Shown piece after piece: positions 33,283 through 44,000 of a stretch of DNA of 64,000 nucleotides. The notes beneath the pieces were generated by a model. That model ran no database searches and was not told where the DNA came from. It worked only from the letters and a program-made list of their open reading frames with translations. Position 1 is the stretch's first letter, and each line of letters begins with the position of its first letter. A program made the position numbers and the translations under genes. The stretch lies in NCBI GenBank assembly GCA_937625935.1, contig OW569373.1, forward strand, positions 248,001-312,000, read 5' to 3'. The DNA comes from Tetramitus jugosus. Taxonomy: Eukaryota; Protista; Heterolobosea.

Positions 33283-33987
33283 TTACTTTCTCATGACAAA
33301 ATCATCTGTCAAGATTTGTGCCTGTTCCGTTGACAACAAGTACCGCTCTTCGTACTGTCCCGTAGCTTTCCGTTGCCGTGTAATCTCAAACAAACTGATT
33401 GCCGTAGCAACAGAGACATTGAAGCTCTGAATCATGCCGGCCATCGGTATCGTAATCAACGTATCAGCCATATCAATCGCCACCTGAGACAACCCAGTGT
33501 GTTCATTACCAATCAACAACACAATCTTTTCATCATTTTCTTCGGCGAGGTCCCTCTTCGCTGAGCTCAACTCTACAAAATTGACATCATAAATCGAATG
33601 CACCACTCTTTCCTTATCGGATGCCACTGTAGCAACAATGTGCCACCCTTCTTGTTTCATCTCACTCAACACCTTCTCTGTTCCTTCACTCTCATAAATC
33701 TTGTAATTGAGCCATTTGCTCGCCGATGTTGCAGCAATGTTAACCACTTCCTTTGGATTGAAATTGCGCGAATTTTGTAGGATGGCACTCAGAAATTGAA
33801 CTCCAAATGCATCGCATGATCGGGCAATGGCAGCCAAGTTGTAGGGATTGTAGACGTCTTCCATGACAACCATTAGGTTTCGTTGTCGCTGAGAAGTGAC
33901 TTGCTCAATCTTTTCTAGGCGTTTGTCTGTGCAGGAATCCTTTTTGGCCAATACTTCATTGTCCTTGTGAATTTGTCTAATTTTCAT
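33283..33987 (-). CDS. trmH: SpoU/TrmH-family tRNA 2'-O-ribose methyltransferase
   Basis: 'RQRNLMVVMEDVYNPYNLAAIARSCDAFGV', 'LLIGNEHTGLS', 'IPMAGMIQSFNVSVATAI'. True start probably ATG 33987; the ORF-track extension runs through the tRNA gene. Confidence 0.85.
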   Translation of the reverse strand: MKIRQIHKDNEVLAKKDSCTDKRLEKIEQVTSQRQRNLMVVMEDVYNPYNLAAIARSCDAFGVQFLSAILQNSRNFNPKEVVNIAATSASKWLNYKIYESEGTEKVLSEMKQEGWHIVATVASDKERVVHSIYDVNFVELSSAKRDLAEENDEKIVLLIGNEHTGLSQVAIDMADTLITIPMAGMIQSFNVSVATAISLFEITRQRKATGQYEERYLLSTEQAQILTDDFVMRK

Positions 33988-34043
33988 GATCTGTTGTTTG
34001 TTTTGGGAAACAACAAAGTGGAGTATCATCAACAAGGCAAAAC

Positions 34044-34116
34044 TGGAGCCACAGGGAATCGAACCCTGGACCTCATGCATGCAAAGCACGCGCTCTACCA
34101 ACTGAGCCATGACCCC
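34044..34116 (-). tRNA. tRNA-Ala(UGC)
   Basis: 73-nt cloverleaf GGGGTCATGGCTCAGTTGGTAGAGCGCGTGCTTTGCATGCATGAGGTCCAGGGTTCGATTCCCTGTGGCTCCA; TGC anticodon; G3:U70 alanine identity pair; TTTT one base downstream. Confidence 0.96.
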
Positions 34117-34124
34117 TCATATAA

Positions 34125-34610
34125 TGAATATAAACTCATAAACTGGGCCAGGGGATTGAGATTCCAAAAAAAGAGGAAGTTGTAAGAGGTATTTACAACC
34201 CCAATGATACCTCTGTCATGCGCTCCTGGTGCAACAAAGAACCCGAGAGTGTATTACACTGCTTGGTTCGTTGTCCTAGGTCGAGTCATGCTAGACGGTG
34301 TCTAGCACTGACAGTGAGTAAGGAACTAATTGACATGGGAGTGTCAGCTGACAGTTGAATCGACATATGGTTCGACAACGTTAGACTCAAGAACGGAAAG
34401 ACTGAAAAAAGATCACTGCGGTGGACTAGCAGAGAACTTCTAACAGGTATGATGGGCATCGAAACGAGTGCCATCGAAGATACCACCAATGGCTTGGTAG
34501 CCAATGGAGTCATTAGCAGTGGCCGAAAAAAAGCAAGAATTTATGTGAATCGGGTGAAACGGAGATGTCTCACGACTCCTTCACCTCTTCACCACAACAA
34601 AAGCGAAACA
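34125..34610 (+). mobile_element. Degenerate 3' fragment of a non-LTR retrotransposon ORF2, copy 1
   Basis: Translation 'MRSWCNKEPESVLHCLVRCP' (decayed CX2CX8HX4C knuckle), then 'IWFDN..GMMGIET..KRRC..SPLH', with a stop and a frameshift. Confidence 0.65.
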
Positions 34611-34704
34611 ATGCGAGCGCCATTGAGAATTAATCAGGTGACCAAGGGTCATGGCCGAAGAAAACAAAAGACAATAAAGTGAGCAACCGAAATGGTTGTA
34701 TTAA

Positions 34705-35190
34705 AAAAAAATCTCGAGAGGCAGCTCCTCAGATACTAATGTAGAGGGATCCCACTCCACACAAAGGCTATGGTGAAGCATCTCTATAAGGTGCAGGACA
34801 TGGACCCGACATATCCTAAGTGAAATTTCGAGCAAGAGACGGTTCTCCACTGTCTCGTCAACTGGCCGGTCGCAAGGATGAGTTGCGATACTAAGCTTTA
34901 TGGGACTGCACAAGTCACAGTGTATCGATATGGTTTGATAATCAACAGTGGTGCAACGGAAGAACGAACAGAGGAAGACTGGCAGAGAATGTATGTTGTT
35001 AGGAATGTTGGGGATTGAAACAAAAGCTATGAAACAAGTGGCCAAAGGACTCAAGAAGAGTTGATTGCAAAAATGAAAGCTAAGTAATTTGTGGACAACC
35101 CTAAGAGGAGATGTTGAGGTGATGCATCGCCTCTTCACAAATCTGCTTGGCTGGAATCACTTCTTATTAGAAGTTCGGAGAGAAGATAAT
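34705..35190 (+). mobile_element. Degenerate 3' fragment of a related non-LTR retrotransposon, copy 2
   Basis: Translation 'PTYPK*NFEQETVLHCLVNWP', 'IWFDN', 'GMLGIET', 'KRRC*..SPLH', collinear with copy 1; multiple stops and frameshifts. Confidence 0.65.
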
Positions 35191-35390
35191 CGACAAATTG
35201 GAGAGACGAAGCTGCCGGACTGTGAAGATTGCACTTGACTTTTATTCTCCAGCAATCTTTGTTCAAGATTACTCACTAATAATTGAGTTGTCTGGATACT
35301 GCTGTATGATAACTAACCTTTGAGTTTTCTCTTCACTGGTTGCATCTTGATAAGACTGTTCACACTTATTGAGGTGATACTTTCTTTCTC

Positions 35391-37700
35391 TCATTTATCG
35401 TCGATAGAGTGGACAAATCGAACGAAACTGTCTGAAACGACCATGATTCTGACGGCTGTTTCAAGTTTATCGAACATAGTTAAATCTCCACAAGACTTTT
35501 CAATGACTGCCAGTTCAGTTGTGAGCAACTTACCTGCCAGGTTCAGTGGATAGATGCCTGTTGGTTTCAAAAATTTTTCTACAATCTCGTGCTGGAAGAT
35601 CGCTCTCTCGTGCACAGACTTCAATGACTTGTAGTGCTCTATGGCTTGCAAGAACAGAAAATTCTCTTCTGACGCCTCTGATGTGCAGAACTTTTGGAAC
35701 TCGTCTCTCGTTTCATGGTTTCTCATCATCTGATCGAATTTGACTTGATCAGCGAGCTGCAAGAGCTGTTCTTGATGCTTGTTCAATGTTTGCATCAATT
35801 CGTGTTGTTCCTTCATATTTCTGACAACAACAACAAAACAATTGACAACATTGTCGTCATCCATGAACAAACGAACAGTATGGCATGAGACCTCGACAGG
35901 TAACACAGCAAACGAGGTATAAACACTCGTATCTAAGGTACTATTGGTGTCTGCAAGCTGGGACAAATTGTCCATCAATGTCTCGCCATTCAAATCCTTA
36001 AGTAACGTTGAAATGCTCATGCTGTTCTCGACATTTTTTGATGAGTAACCCAGTTTGGAATAGAAGGCTTGATTCGCACTTAGAATCACACCTGTTTCTG
36101 AATTGACAGTTAGAATGAAATCGGTCATGGCATTCATAATTGATCTAGATTTTTGCTCTTCGACAGCAACCTTGTCCAATAGACGAATCAACACTGCGTG
36201 GTCACTTGCCAATTTTCGCTGTGAAGCATAGAGAGCATTTAACATGCTATTTACACCTCTGGCAAGAGAAGAGATCTCTGTACCACCTCTCGGTATTTTC
36301 ACTCGTCTTGTAATATCATTCATCTGTCGGATTGATAGGACACTAGTGCTCAATTGAACTACAGGCCCAACTACAACGAACTCAATGAACAGAGTGACGA
36401 CAATGGAGATGATAAGAACGACCAAGCAAACCATTCCATAGCTCCATCCAAACGACTTCAAGCCCAATGGATTAATGGAACGTTCTACATCGGCACGAAC
36501 AAGAAGAACATTGGATCCTACAATGTCAGTATAGACCTGATATGATGCAAGACGAGGATTCGAAGTGGGTTCACTCCCCACATCATCATCGTGCCAACAC
36601 TCTCGACCAGACAAGCGTTGTGCACTTTTAGCATCGAATGGGGTAACTCGAAATGGCTCATCATAGAGCCATTCACCGGTTTTGAGACTTGACTGCGTTC
36701 CACTAGTCTGATTCAAGACCTTAGCAGATATGATAGAGGTGACAGATGGATCAGTGCTGAATTGATCTCTTGTGTAATATGAGAGGCACATCTGAACGCT
36801 ACTGCTCACATCCTTTGTTTCATTCTCCACAAATGTCGCATAGACTAACATTCCACCAGGATCTGGATAATCTGGTGGGAACATGATCAATGAGTTCGTT
36901 ACTCTGAACAATCGACCAGAGGCCATCATCAATCCACCACTTGCTCTCAAAGTATCATTCTTATAGTCCATAGTGGACAAATCTAACGGATGGCCCTTTG
37001 GTATTTGTGCAAACTCTTGGGGCAACTCTAACGGGTCCATCGTATCCAAATCATACCCCAAATAATTCAGCATATAACCACTCATGTTGTAAAAAACGAT
37101 GAAATTAATCTTGTGAAACGATTGAATGTGATCCGGATAAAAGTTTGCTGCCAGAAAAGCATCCATCAACTCAGTCGTCCTATTGACGCCCTGGCTCTGA
37201 ATAATGACATTGTTCAGTGACTCAACTGCATCGAACGTATCACCCCACTCTGAATAATCTTCGCTCGCTGCCAACTGACGTGTCAAACGCTCATACAACA
37301 CCCTAGTAATTCTCTTGTTCGATACTGCCATGACACTCTTCTCCAACTTGTAAAAGGATGTGAGGAATATGGATAGGAGAACAGCCAAGAACAATCCCAT
37401 CATTGCAAAAAACAAGAGCACTAATATGCACAAGATTTGTGACCGAATACTCCTGAGACGAGATCCAATGGAACTCTTGGAGGAGCAACAAGACCGGTTG
37501 TCATTACTGTCACTGCTGTGGTCATCCTTACCAACATGTTGTTGTTCACCATCAACACCATCTTGTTGTACGGCTTGTAGATCATGTGGAGAAGCACCCG
37601 TGAGTGTAGAATTGGTTCGAGAGAGGAATTCGAGTTCGAACGATATGGATTTATCCTTGTTATTCTCCTTCTTGCTCTTTTTGTTTTTCACTCCAGTCAT
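35391..37700 (-). CDS. Membrane sensor: TM-CHASE4-TM-HAMP-PAS-coiled coil-RGS
   Basis: CHASE4-like 'SFYKLEK..DYSEWGDTFD..INFIVFYN'; HAMP 'VVGPVVQLS..DITRRVKIPRGGTEISSLARGVNSML'; PAS 'SIMNAMTDFILTVN..ILSANQAF..LGYS'; RGS 'FQKFCTSEASEENFLFLQAIEHYK..YPLNL..DSFVRF'. First ATG at 37700. Confidence 0.85.
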   Translation of the reverse strand: MTGVKNKKSKKENNKDKSISFELEFLSRTNSTLTGASPHDLQAVQQDGVDGEQQHVGKDDHSSDSNDNRSCCSSKSSIGSRLRSIRSQILCILVLLFFAMMGLFLAVLLSIFLTSFYKLEKSVMAVSNKRITRVLYERLTRQLAASEDYSEWGDTFDAVESLNNVIIQSQGVNRTTELMDAFLAANFYPDHIQSFHKINFIVFYNMSGYMLNYLGYDLDTMDPLELPQEFAQIPKGHPLDLSTMDYKNDTLRASGGLMMASGRLFRVTNSLIMFPPDYPDPGGMLVYATFVENETKDVSSSVQMCLSYYTRDQFSTDPSVTSIISAKVLNQTSGTQSSLKTGEWLYDEPFRVTPFDAKSAQRLSGRECWHDDDVGSEPTSNPRLASYQVYTDIVGSNVLLVRADVERSINPLGLKSFGWSYGMVCLVVLIISIVVTLFIEFVVVGPVVQLSTSVLSIRQMNDITRRVKIPRGGTEISSLARGVNSMLNALYASQRKLASDHAVLIRLLDKVAVEEQKSRSIMNAMTDFILTVNSETGVILSANQAFYSKLGYSSKNVENSMSISTLLKDLNGETLMDNLSQLADTNSTLDTSVYTSFAVLPVEVSCHTVRLFMDDDNVVNCFVVVVRNMKEQHELMQTLNKHQEQLLQLADQVKFDQMMRNHETRDEFQKFCTSEASEENFLFLQAIEHYKSLKSVHERAIFQHEIVEKFLKPTGIYPLNLAGKLLTTELAVIEKSCGDLTMFDKLETAVRIMVVSDSFVRFVHSIDDK

Positions 37701-38015
37701 CCGAAACAAGTAGTATTCTGTTGTTGTGTGTGAATTGAATTGGGTCGTTACGAGTGCTCTTTGTTTGTTGTTGGCGGCGGATTGTCGTTGGTTGTTCAAA
37801 AGTAGTGAATGATCCTGTGATTGGGCCACTCGAGTGGTGTTCCTTCGTGAGGTGACACGCTAACTCAAGATGTTCAATGTTCCTTCGCGGGCTCAGAAAA
37901 AAGTTTGACGTGTGACAATCAGAAAAGGAATGTTTTGCAAAAAAGGAGCTCTTTGGTATTCTTTCGAGACAATGTGATGTGGTCTCGAAAGAATGGTTCA
38001 CTTTGCGAACATTTA

Positions 38016-41000
38016 TTAATATTGTATTGTCGAGGCCCAAGTAAGAGCACAGAATGTGGCAACACCTCTCCGAATCCAGTGTTCTTGGGGTTTCTTTGAT
38101 GGTAGCTCTATACTTAACACAAAGTTTGTGGAGTGACCAGTCGTTGATAGGGTTCCTGCTCTTCGTAAAGTCTTGTACACAGGACATATGTAGATATTAT
38201 ATCCTGCTTGTACTCTGTTTCGACATGGACGGAGCCATAGAATAGGGAGAGGGGTGTAGAGTTCTTTGGAGTTCGATTCAACAAGTGAACCTTCGTCTGC
38301 ATCCCATCTGGCACCTTCCAGGAATAAACCCTTGATAAAACATCCATCCTCAGGTGGAGAAGTCAATTCGTTCTCACGTTTGTTTATAACCTCGAATGAA
38401 AAGGAGATTTCGTCAATAGGATATTTCTTCTTTCTTGCATAGTTTTGAAGAGTACCTGTCAAGAATCCTTGAGGGAAGAAAAATCCAGATATCCAAAACA
38501 CATTAGGTATGCCATCCTGATACCAAGTTTCAATGAATTTTAAGCGTTGGATTAAATCAGTAACCCAGGCTGACAAAGGCATCATCGAGGGATAAGCAAC
38601 ATCAGCCCACATCTCCGGTACTTGATTGTTGAACAAGCTTGATCCTACTCTTTCCAGAGCTTTCGACATGACGACTTCTCCCTTAATAGCCTTTAAGATA
38701 TCTTTTAGAGACCCTTGGACAACAGACACAAGTTTGTTGTACCGCAAAACTTCTTGGACAATCACTGTGTTCATTGACTCACTATACTTCGTTGGGTATT
38801 TCTCTCGAACAGCTGTAACATCAAACACTCCTGGAAGTTTATGAAGAATATCTGTGGCAACATTCTCTATGATTTCATCCATTGTATTTCCGCTACCACT
38901 TGAACCTCCACTACCTCCAGGCTGCATTTGTATAATGGTGTCTGTAGTACTGGAAAGTTCGAACGTGTTGTAGGTAATTTCTGCATTTTCGTGAAGACCG
39001 AAGATTTCAGGGTGCGCAACTTTTGGCAGTCCTTCAAGATATTCAATATAGTCCGAGTACTCTTGAGCTGGAATTGAACGATATTCAGGTAAATGAGAAG
39101 AGAATAGGTACTCGTCTGACAAAACCTCTGGGTTCACAAATTTTTCGATGATTGTCATCAGTGTTCTGCGATCCCAATCATCCGTCACTCTTCCACCATA
39201 GTTGATCTGTCCTGTTAAAAACTTGATCACCTTGTATGGAACATGATCATATCTCTCAAGGAAAAGAGACAGTTGTTGAACACAGACCTTCAAGTCACCG
39301 CTAGTGAATTCATAGGGTATGTTCCAACCGAGTGGCCCATACTTTCTTCTTTCTTGTATGATTGCATGGAAGAAACAAAGACCGAAGAGAAGCTTCTTAA
39401 ATTCTTTCGGTTTAGTTGGGTGCTCTAAGAACTGGTTGTCAAAATTATCATACGACCCTTGAAGATTCGATGCAAGACCTCTTGGAGGTTCCAGAGTCAC
39501 CTTAACAGAGTTTTGTAAAATAGAAACAGGGAACTTGGGTGTAGGCATAGATGTTAACCACAACCTAAAATCTGAATGATTCTCTTCTGAGAATTTTTCG
39601 ACGATTTGTTCAAGTTCGGGCATAAAGCTCGTGGCCAAGTGACAATTTTGTAGTAATACCCACCATCCATTCATAATTCCATCTCTAATGGCAGTAGTAG
39701 CTAATTGCTCAGTTCCTCTTCCCAGAGAAATAGATTCCATCTTCTTAACTCTCATTTGATCTGCAAATTTATCCAATTCAGATTTAGGATCAGCACCCGA
39801 AGACAGAATGAAAACAAGTGGGGTTACACTTGAGGAGTCCTTGAAAGACCGATTGAGATCAAATCTTGGGGGTTTCACAAATTCTGGACCTAAATTGGCC
39901 GTCACGAAGTCTGAAATACTTTCCAACACCTTGTCCGGCCGCAAACACTTTAGTAATACAAGTTTCTGGAACAATGACAGCTTTTCTTCCCACATTTCAG
40001 GTACTCGTTCTCTATGGGGATGTGGGTGATTGAAGAACACCTTAAATTTGTCAATAGTACTAATAAAGGATTCAGCAAAACCATTGAATGAAGGAAGTTT
40101 GCACATTGTGAGAAGGTTCATCCATGTTTGATCTGATAGCCATTGTGCATCTGGTTTCTTGATGGAGAATTCTTCGCTCGCAATTCCACCGGTTAAGAAA
40201 TGTCTCCATTCAATTGGATCAATCATATCCTGACCCTGTAGTATTCTTATGCAGAGAATAAATGAAAATAGAAGCTTGTGATTTTCGAACAAACTCTGAC
40301 AAACATTATTATACAGGGAGTAGGTAAAGTTATTTGTCAGAGTTTCTAATCTTATCGCCAGTTCATCACTTTCCTCTGATGTTTCAATACATTGCTTAAA
40401 GAGTTTAATAAACCATTGCAACGAATATTGATACATGGGATCGATATTCGCCATATCTGAAATACAGAAGAAAAGGAGGGATCCACGAGTTGCTACGGGT
40501 CGATATTTGTTTCTTGTAACATCGATCTCTTTCTCTGTAGCCTCAGCTTCAGCAACCTTTTCTTTGATCGACTCAGAAGTAACCTTTGACTCAGCAAGAG
40601 CATTAATTAGCTTTTCATTTTCCAAAATGTCACCCTTGTTCTCGGACAACATTTGCAGAATACTATCTTGAAGATTTTTCAGTTCCTTCTTTCTTTCTGC
40701 ATTCTTTACCATTAATTCGACCTTTAATCTTTCGAGTTCTGGAGTTTCCATTTTTACAACAGTACCGAGAAGTTGATCCTCGAGACCACCAGGTGTAATA
40801 AAGAAATTTAACAATGTTACTTTGACGGATGCCTCGGGAGAGTAATGGGGATTTCTTAACTTGGTCGTCATGTATAATTTAAAGTCGTTATTGTATGGAA
40901 TAACATCTTCTCCAAATCTCATGTAAGGAGCGTTATTCTGTAAGAAGGTTTGCTTCAAAAGAATTGGTTCGATCGCTGGATCAAGCTCTTCTCCAACATT

Positions 41001-44000
41001 TTCGAGAAGGACAGGACTTCCAAATTGGACACATTGCATAATTGTCCTTAGATAATCCTTTTGACCAGGAGAAACAATTTTTAGTTTCTCTTTCTCCATA
41101 TTCTTGATCCATTGATTTGCTTGCAACTGCGGGTCAATCATTAATGGCCATCTTCTGGCGTTACTCAAAATGATAGCATTTTGGATGGACAGATGATCAG
41201 ATGGAAGACCACAATTATTCCATGCCCTTACTACAATTGGATCTGCAAGAGATCGTACATCAACACTTGGAGTGTGCTTGATTCCCAGTGCGGATAGATG
41301 ATCTCTCCATATCGTTTCTAAACGAGCACGGAAGGCAGCCGTGAATGGTCCCAGATATGCAACAGATCCAGCATTAATGAGCATATCTCCCACCATATTT
41401 TTCTCTTGCTCACCATACAGCTCCAATGTGCTCTCCCAACGAATTTTCTCTCCTGCTAGACCTCCAATCAGACGTTCTGCTCGATCGAGCAGAACAGTGC
41501 ATTGTTCGACTTCCTGGGACAATTTTTCTTGGTTTTCAAGAGCTTTTCTATTGTCTGCTTCTAGGGCTTCTATTTTATCGACGACATCTTGCAACTTTCT
41601 CTTTGTTTCAGCTAAATTAGCATCTACTATTGCTAATTCTTCTTTTGCTCTCTCATAGGCTTCTTTTTTCGGTTGAACTGCTTCATTCACAAAGTAGAAC
41701 GTATACATAGCGATAACCCACTCACACATAGCGACGCACGCTTTCGAGGCAATCTTTTTAATTATTGCTGGTTTAAATTTTTCGTTATTGATGTATTTTG
41801 CAACCTTCTGGACAGTGGAACTTGTCATTTTTTCTTTCTCGAAGTTGACCATACTTTCTTTCAACTTCTTTTGATTGGACAACATTTCTTTAGCTGTGAT
41901 CCACCAATCATAGGTCACATTACCATCTTTGTTCACACGAGTTGCTTTTTTACCGAACATAACACAAACAGCCTCCATGACCAACAACACACCAGCTGTC
42001 GGAGTTGTATAGTTCGCGACCTCATTTATATCCGCAACATTAAGATTTTCTACTTTTTTGACAGCTTCATCTAACTGTGGAAGGATAGTATCAAGCTCAT
42101 CTTGAGCAGATTTGCTAATCGCTTCAGCTTCGTCCTTCTTTTTTTGCGCGGCTGCCTCTTCTTCCTCGACAATTGCTTTTGTTTGGGCGGCTTCCTCCTT
42201 TTCTACAGCAATAATCTTCATATTCTCTTCAATATCTTGTTTTGTTTGCATTAAAACTGGCTGTTTTTCTTTCAACATTTCTTGAAGATTTGCTACCTTT
42301 TCCTCAGTTTGTTTGAGTGTGGTCATACCTGCTGTTAGTCTTCCTCTGGCCACTGCTAGAGTGTTCTTATTTTTCACTAGAAGAGTATTATAGGTATCAA
42401 GGAGTTCAAGATAACTGGTTGGTGTAACGTAACTCTTTCTACCAGTTTCAGAGTAGTATTCAGGAAGAATATCTGCGACACTTTGATGAATAAAAACACA
42501 CATATCTAAAACGTGACTAATATTTGGCTCATCCAGTGAGCCAATCTTTGCCTCAGAAACAGACAGAAGTGCTTCGTGGGGCCACTCGGAGAACCAATCG
42601 ATTGTACAACAGTTCACGAGTGATGGAAACATTCTCAACCGATTGACGAACAATTCACCAACAGGACTCATTGCTAACACAATATGAAGATTCCTCTTCA
42701 CTTCTTTGACAAATCGAGAATACATTGGTATTGGAAGTGTCGGAATCTTCTCTCTCGCACAAATAGGCTTCATTGCGGTGAATATCTCCTCCATATCTAT
42801 ATTTTCAAACAGATTAGGGACATCACCAGCGTTTAAGAGATTGTTAATATCCTCCAAGAAAGATTCTTTTAAAATTTGCGTGTCTGTGAATAAGAAAACC
42901 ACATTCTCGCCTTTTGCACCCGCAGTTAATAGTACCGATTTCAAAAACGTCCTCCATTCTTTTTCGTCAAAGGATTTGGTGATTTCGACGTGTAACAAGG
43001 TGTATTCGCTCATGAACGCAGCTAGACGAGTTAAACTTTGTCTTCCACTACCACCTACTCCTAACAAAAGAGCATTGCCTCCTGGCTGACGAATAATTCT
43101 TCCAATTCTACAAACATGCTCGATAGCATCTAAGAACAACACCAAGTTCATATGATGATCATGACAATTGTTGTAATAATCTAGTTGCTCCTCCATTAGT
43201 CTTTGAAGATCCTCTAGTTTCATTACTTCTTCATACGGCTTCTTTTCTTGTTGTCCTCCAGAGAGAAAATCTGTGTAGATGAGGCGTTGTTGACCAATTA
43301 TTTCTTCCACATTTACCTTCAAGGTTTGAGAAAGAGTTTTCTTGAGAATATTGTCGAACTCATCTCTGTCCATGTTGTTAATCAGACGATCTCTGAATAC
43401 TCGTGCACTCTCATGACACCATAGCTTTACCATTCCTTGTATCGTGGTAACCTTTCTCTTCTCTGCTTGCAACAATCCTTGAAAGATCTTGGCTAAATCT
43501 CTAAGATTAAACGTATAGTGAGATTTTGAAGGTGTTGGGAGCATCTCAGAGCGAATTGTATTGTATAGCTTGATACTAGCTTCCGTGATTGATCCAGTGA
43601 TTTGTTGAATCTCATCAGAAAGATTTGCTTGTGCAAAGGTCTCAAGGATGGTGTTAAAAATCATTTTCAAGCTCTCGTCTTGCATTTCTGGGAAAGCTAT
43701 GAAATTGAAGTGCCTGAGGAATCGATTGGTCACTTGATTTCGTCCTCCTCCAGGTGGTCCCATGGCTGCAATCACAACAAGGTCAATCACAGATCTAAAA
43801 GGTAATCTCTCCGTGTAGTACTCATACCATCCACCATGATCCATCCACTGCCTGAGTAACTCTATTGGAGGCTGAGCACCATATTGCTCTCGTGAGGGCA
43901 TATTCATATCATCAATAAAGGTGATGTACTTCTTTCCACGAGGTGGTCCATATACTCCCTTTCTATGCTTCTCTAATCTACCGTCAATGATTGATTGAAG

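Noticed and set aside
33988-34110. N-terminal extension of the TrmH ORF (MAQLVERVLCMHEVQGSIP...)
   Set aside because: It is the tRNA-Ala gene read as protein, an ORF-calling artefact.
34701-35138. 145-aa minus-strand ORF
   Set aside because: Antisense to the decayed retrotransposon copy 2; the conserved signal is on the + strand.
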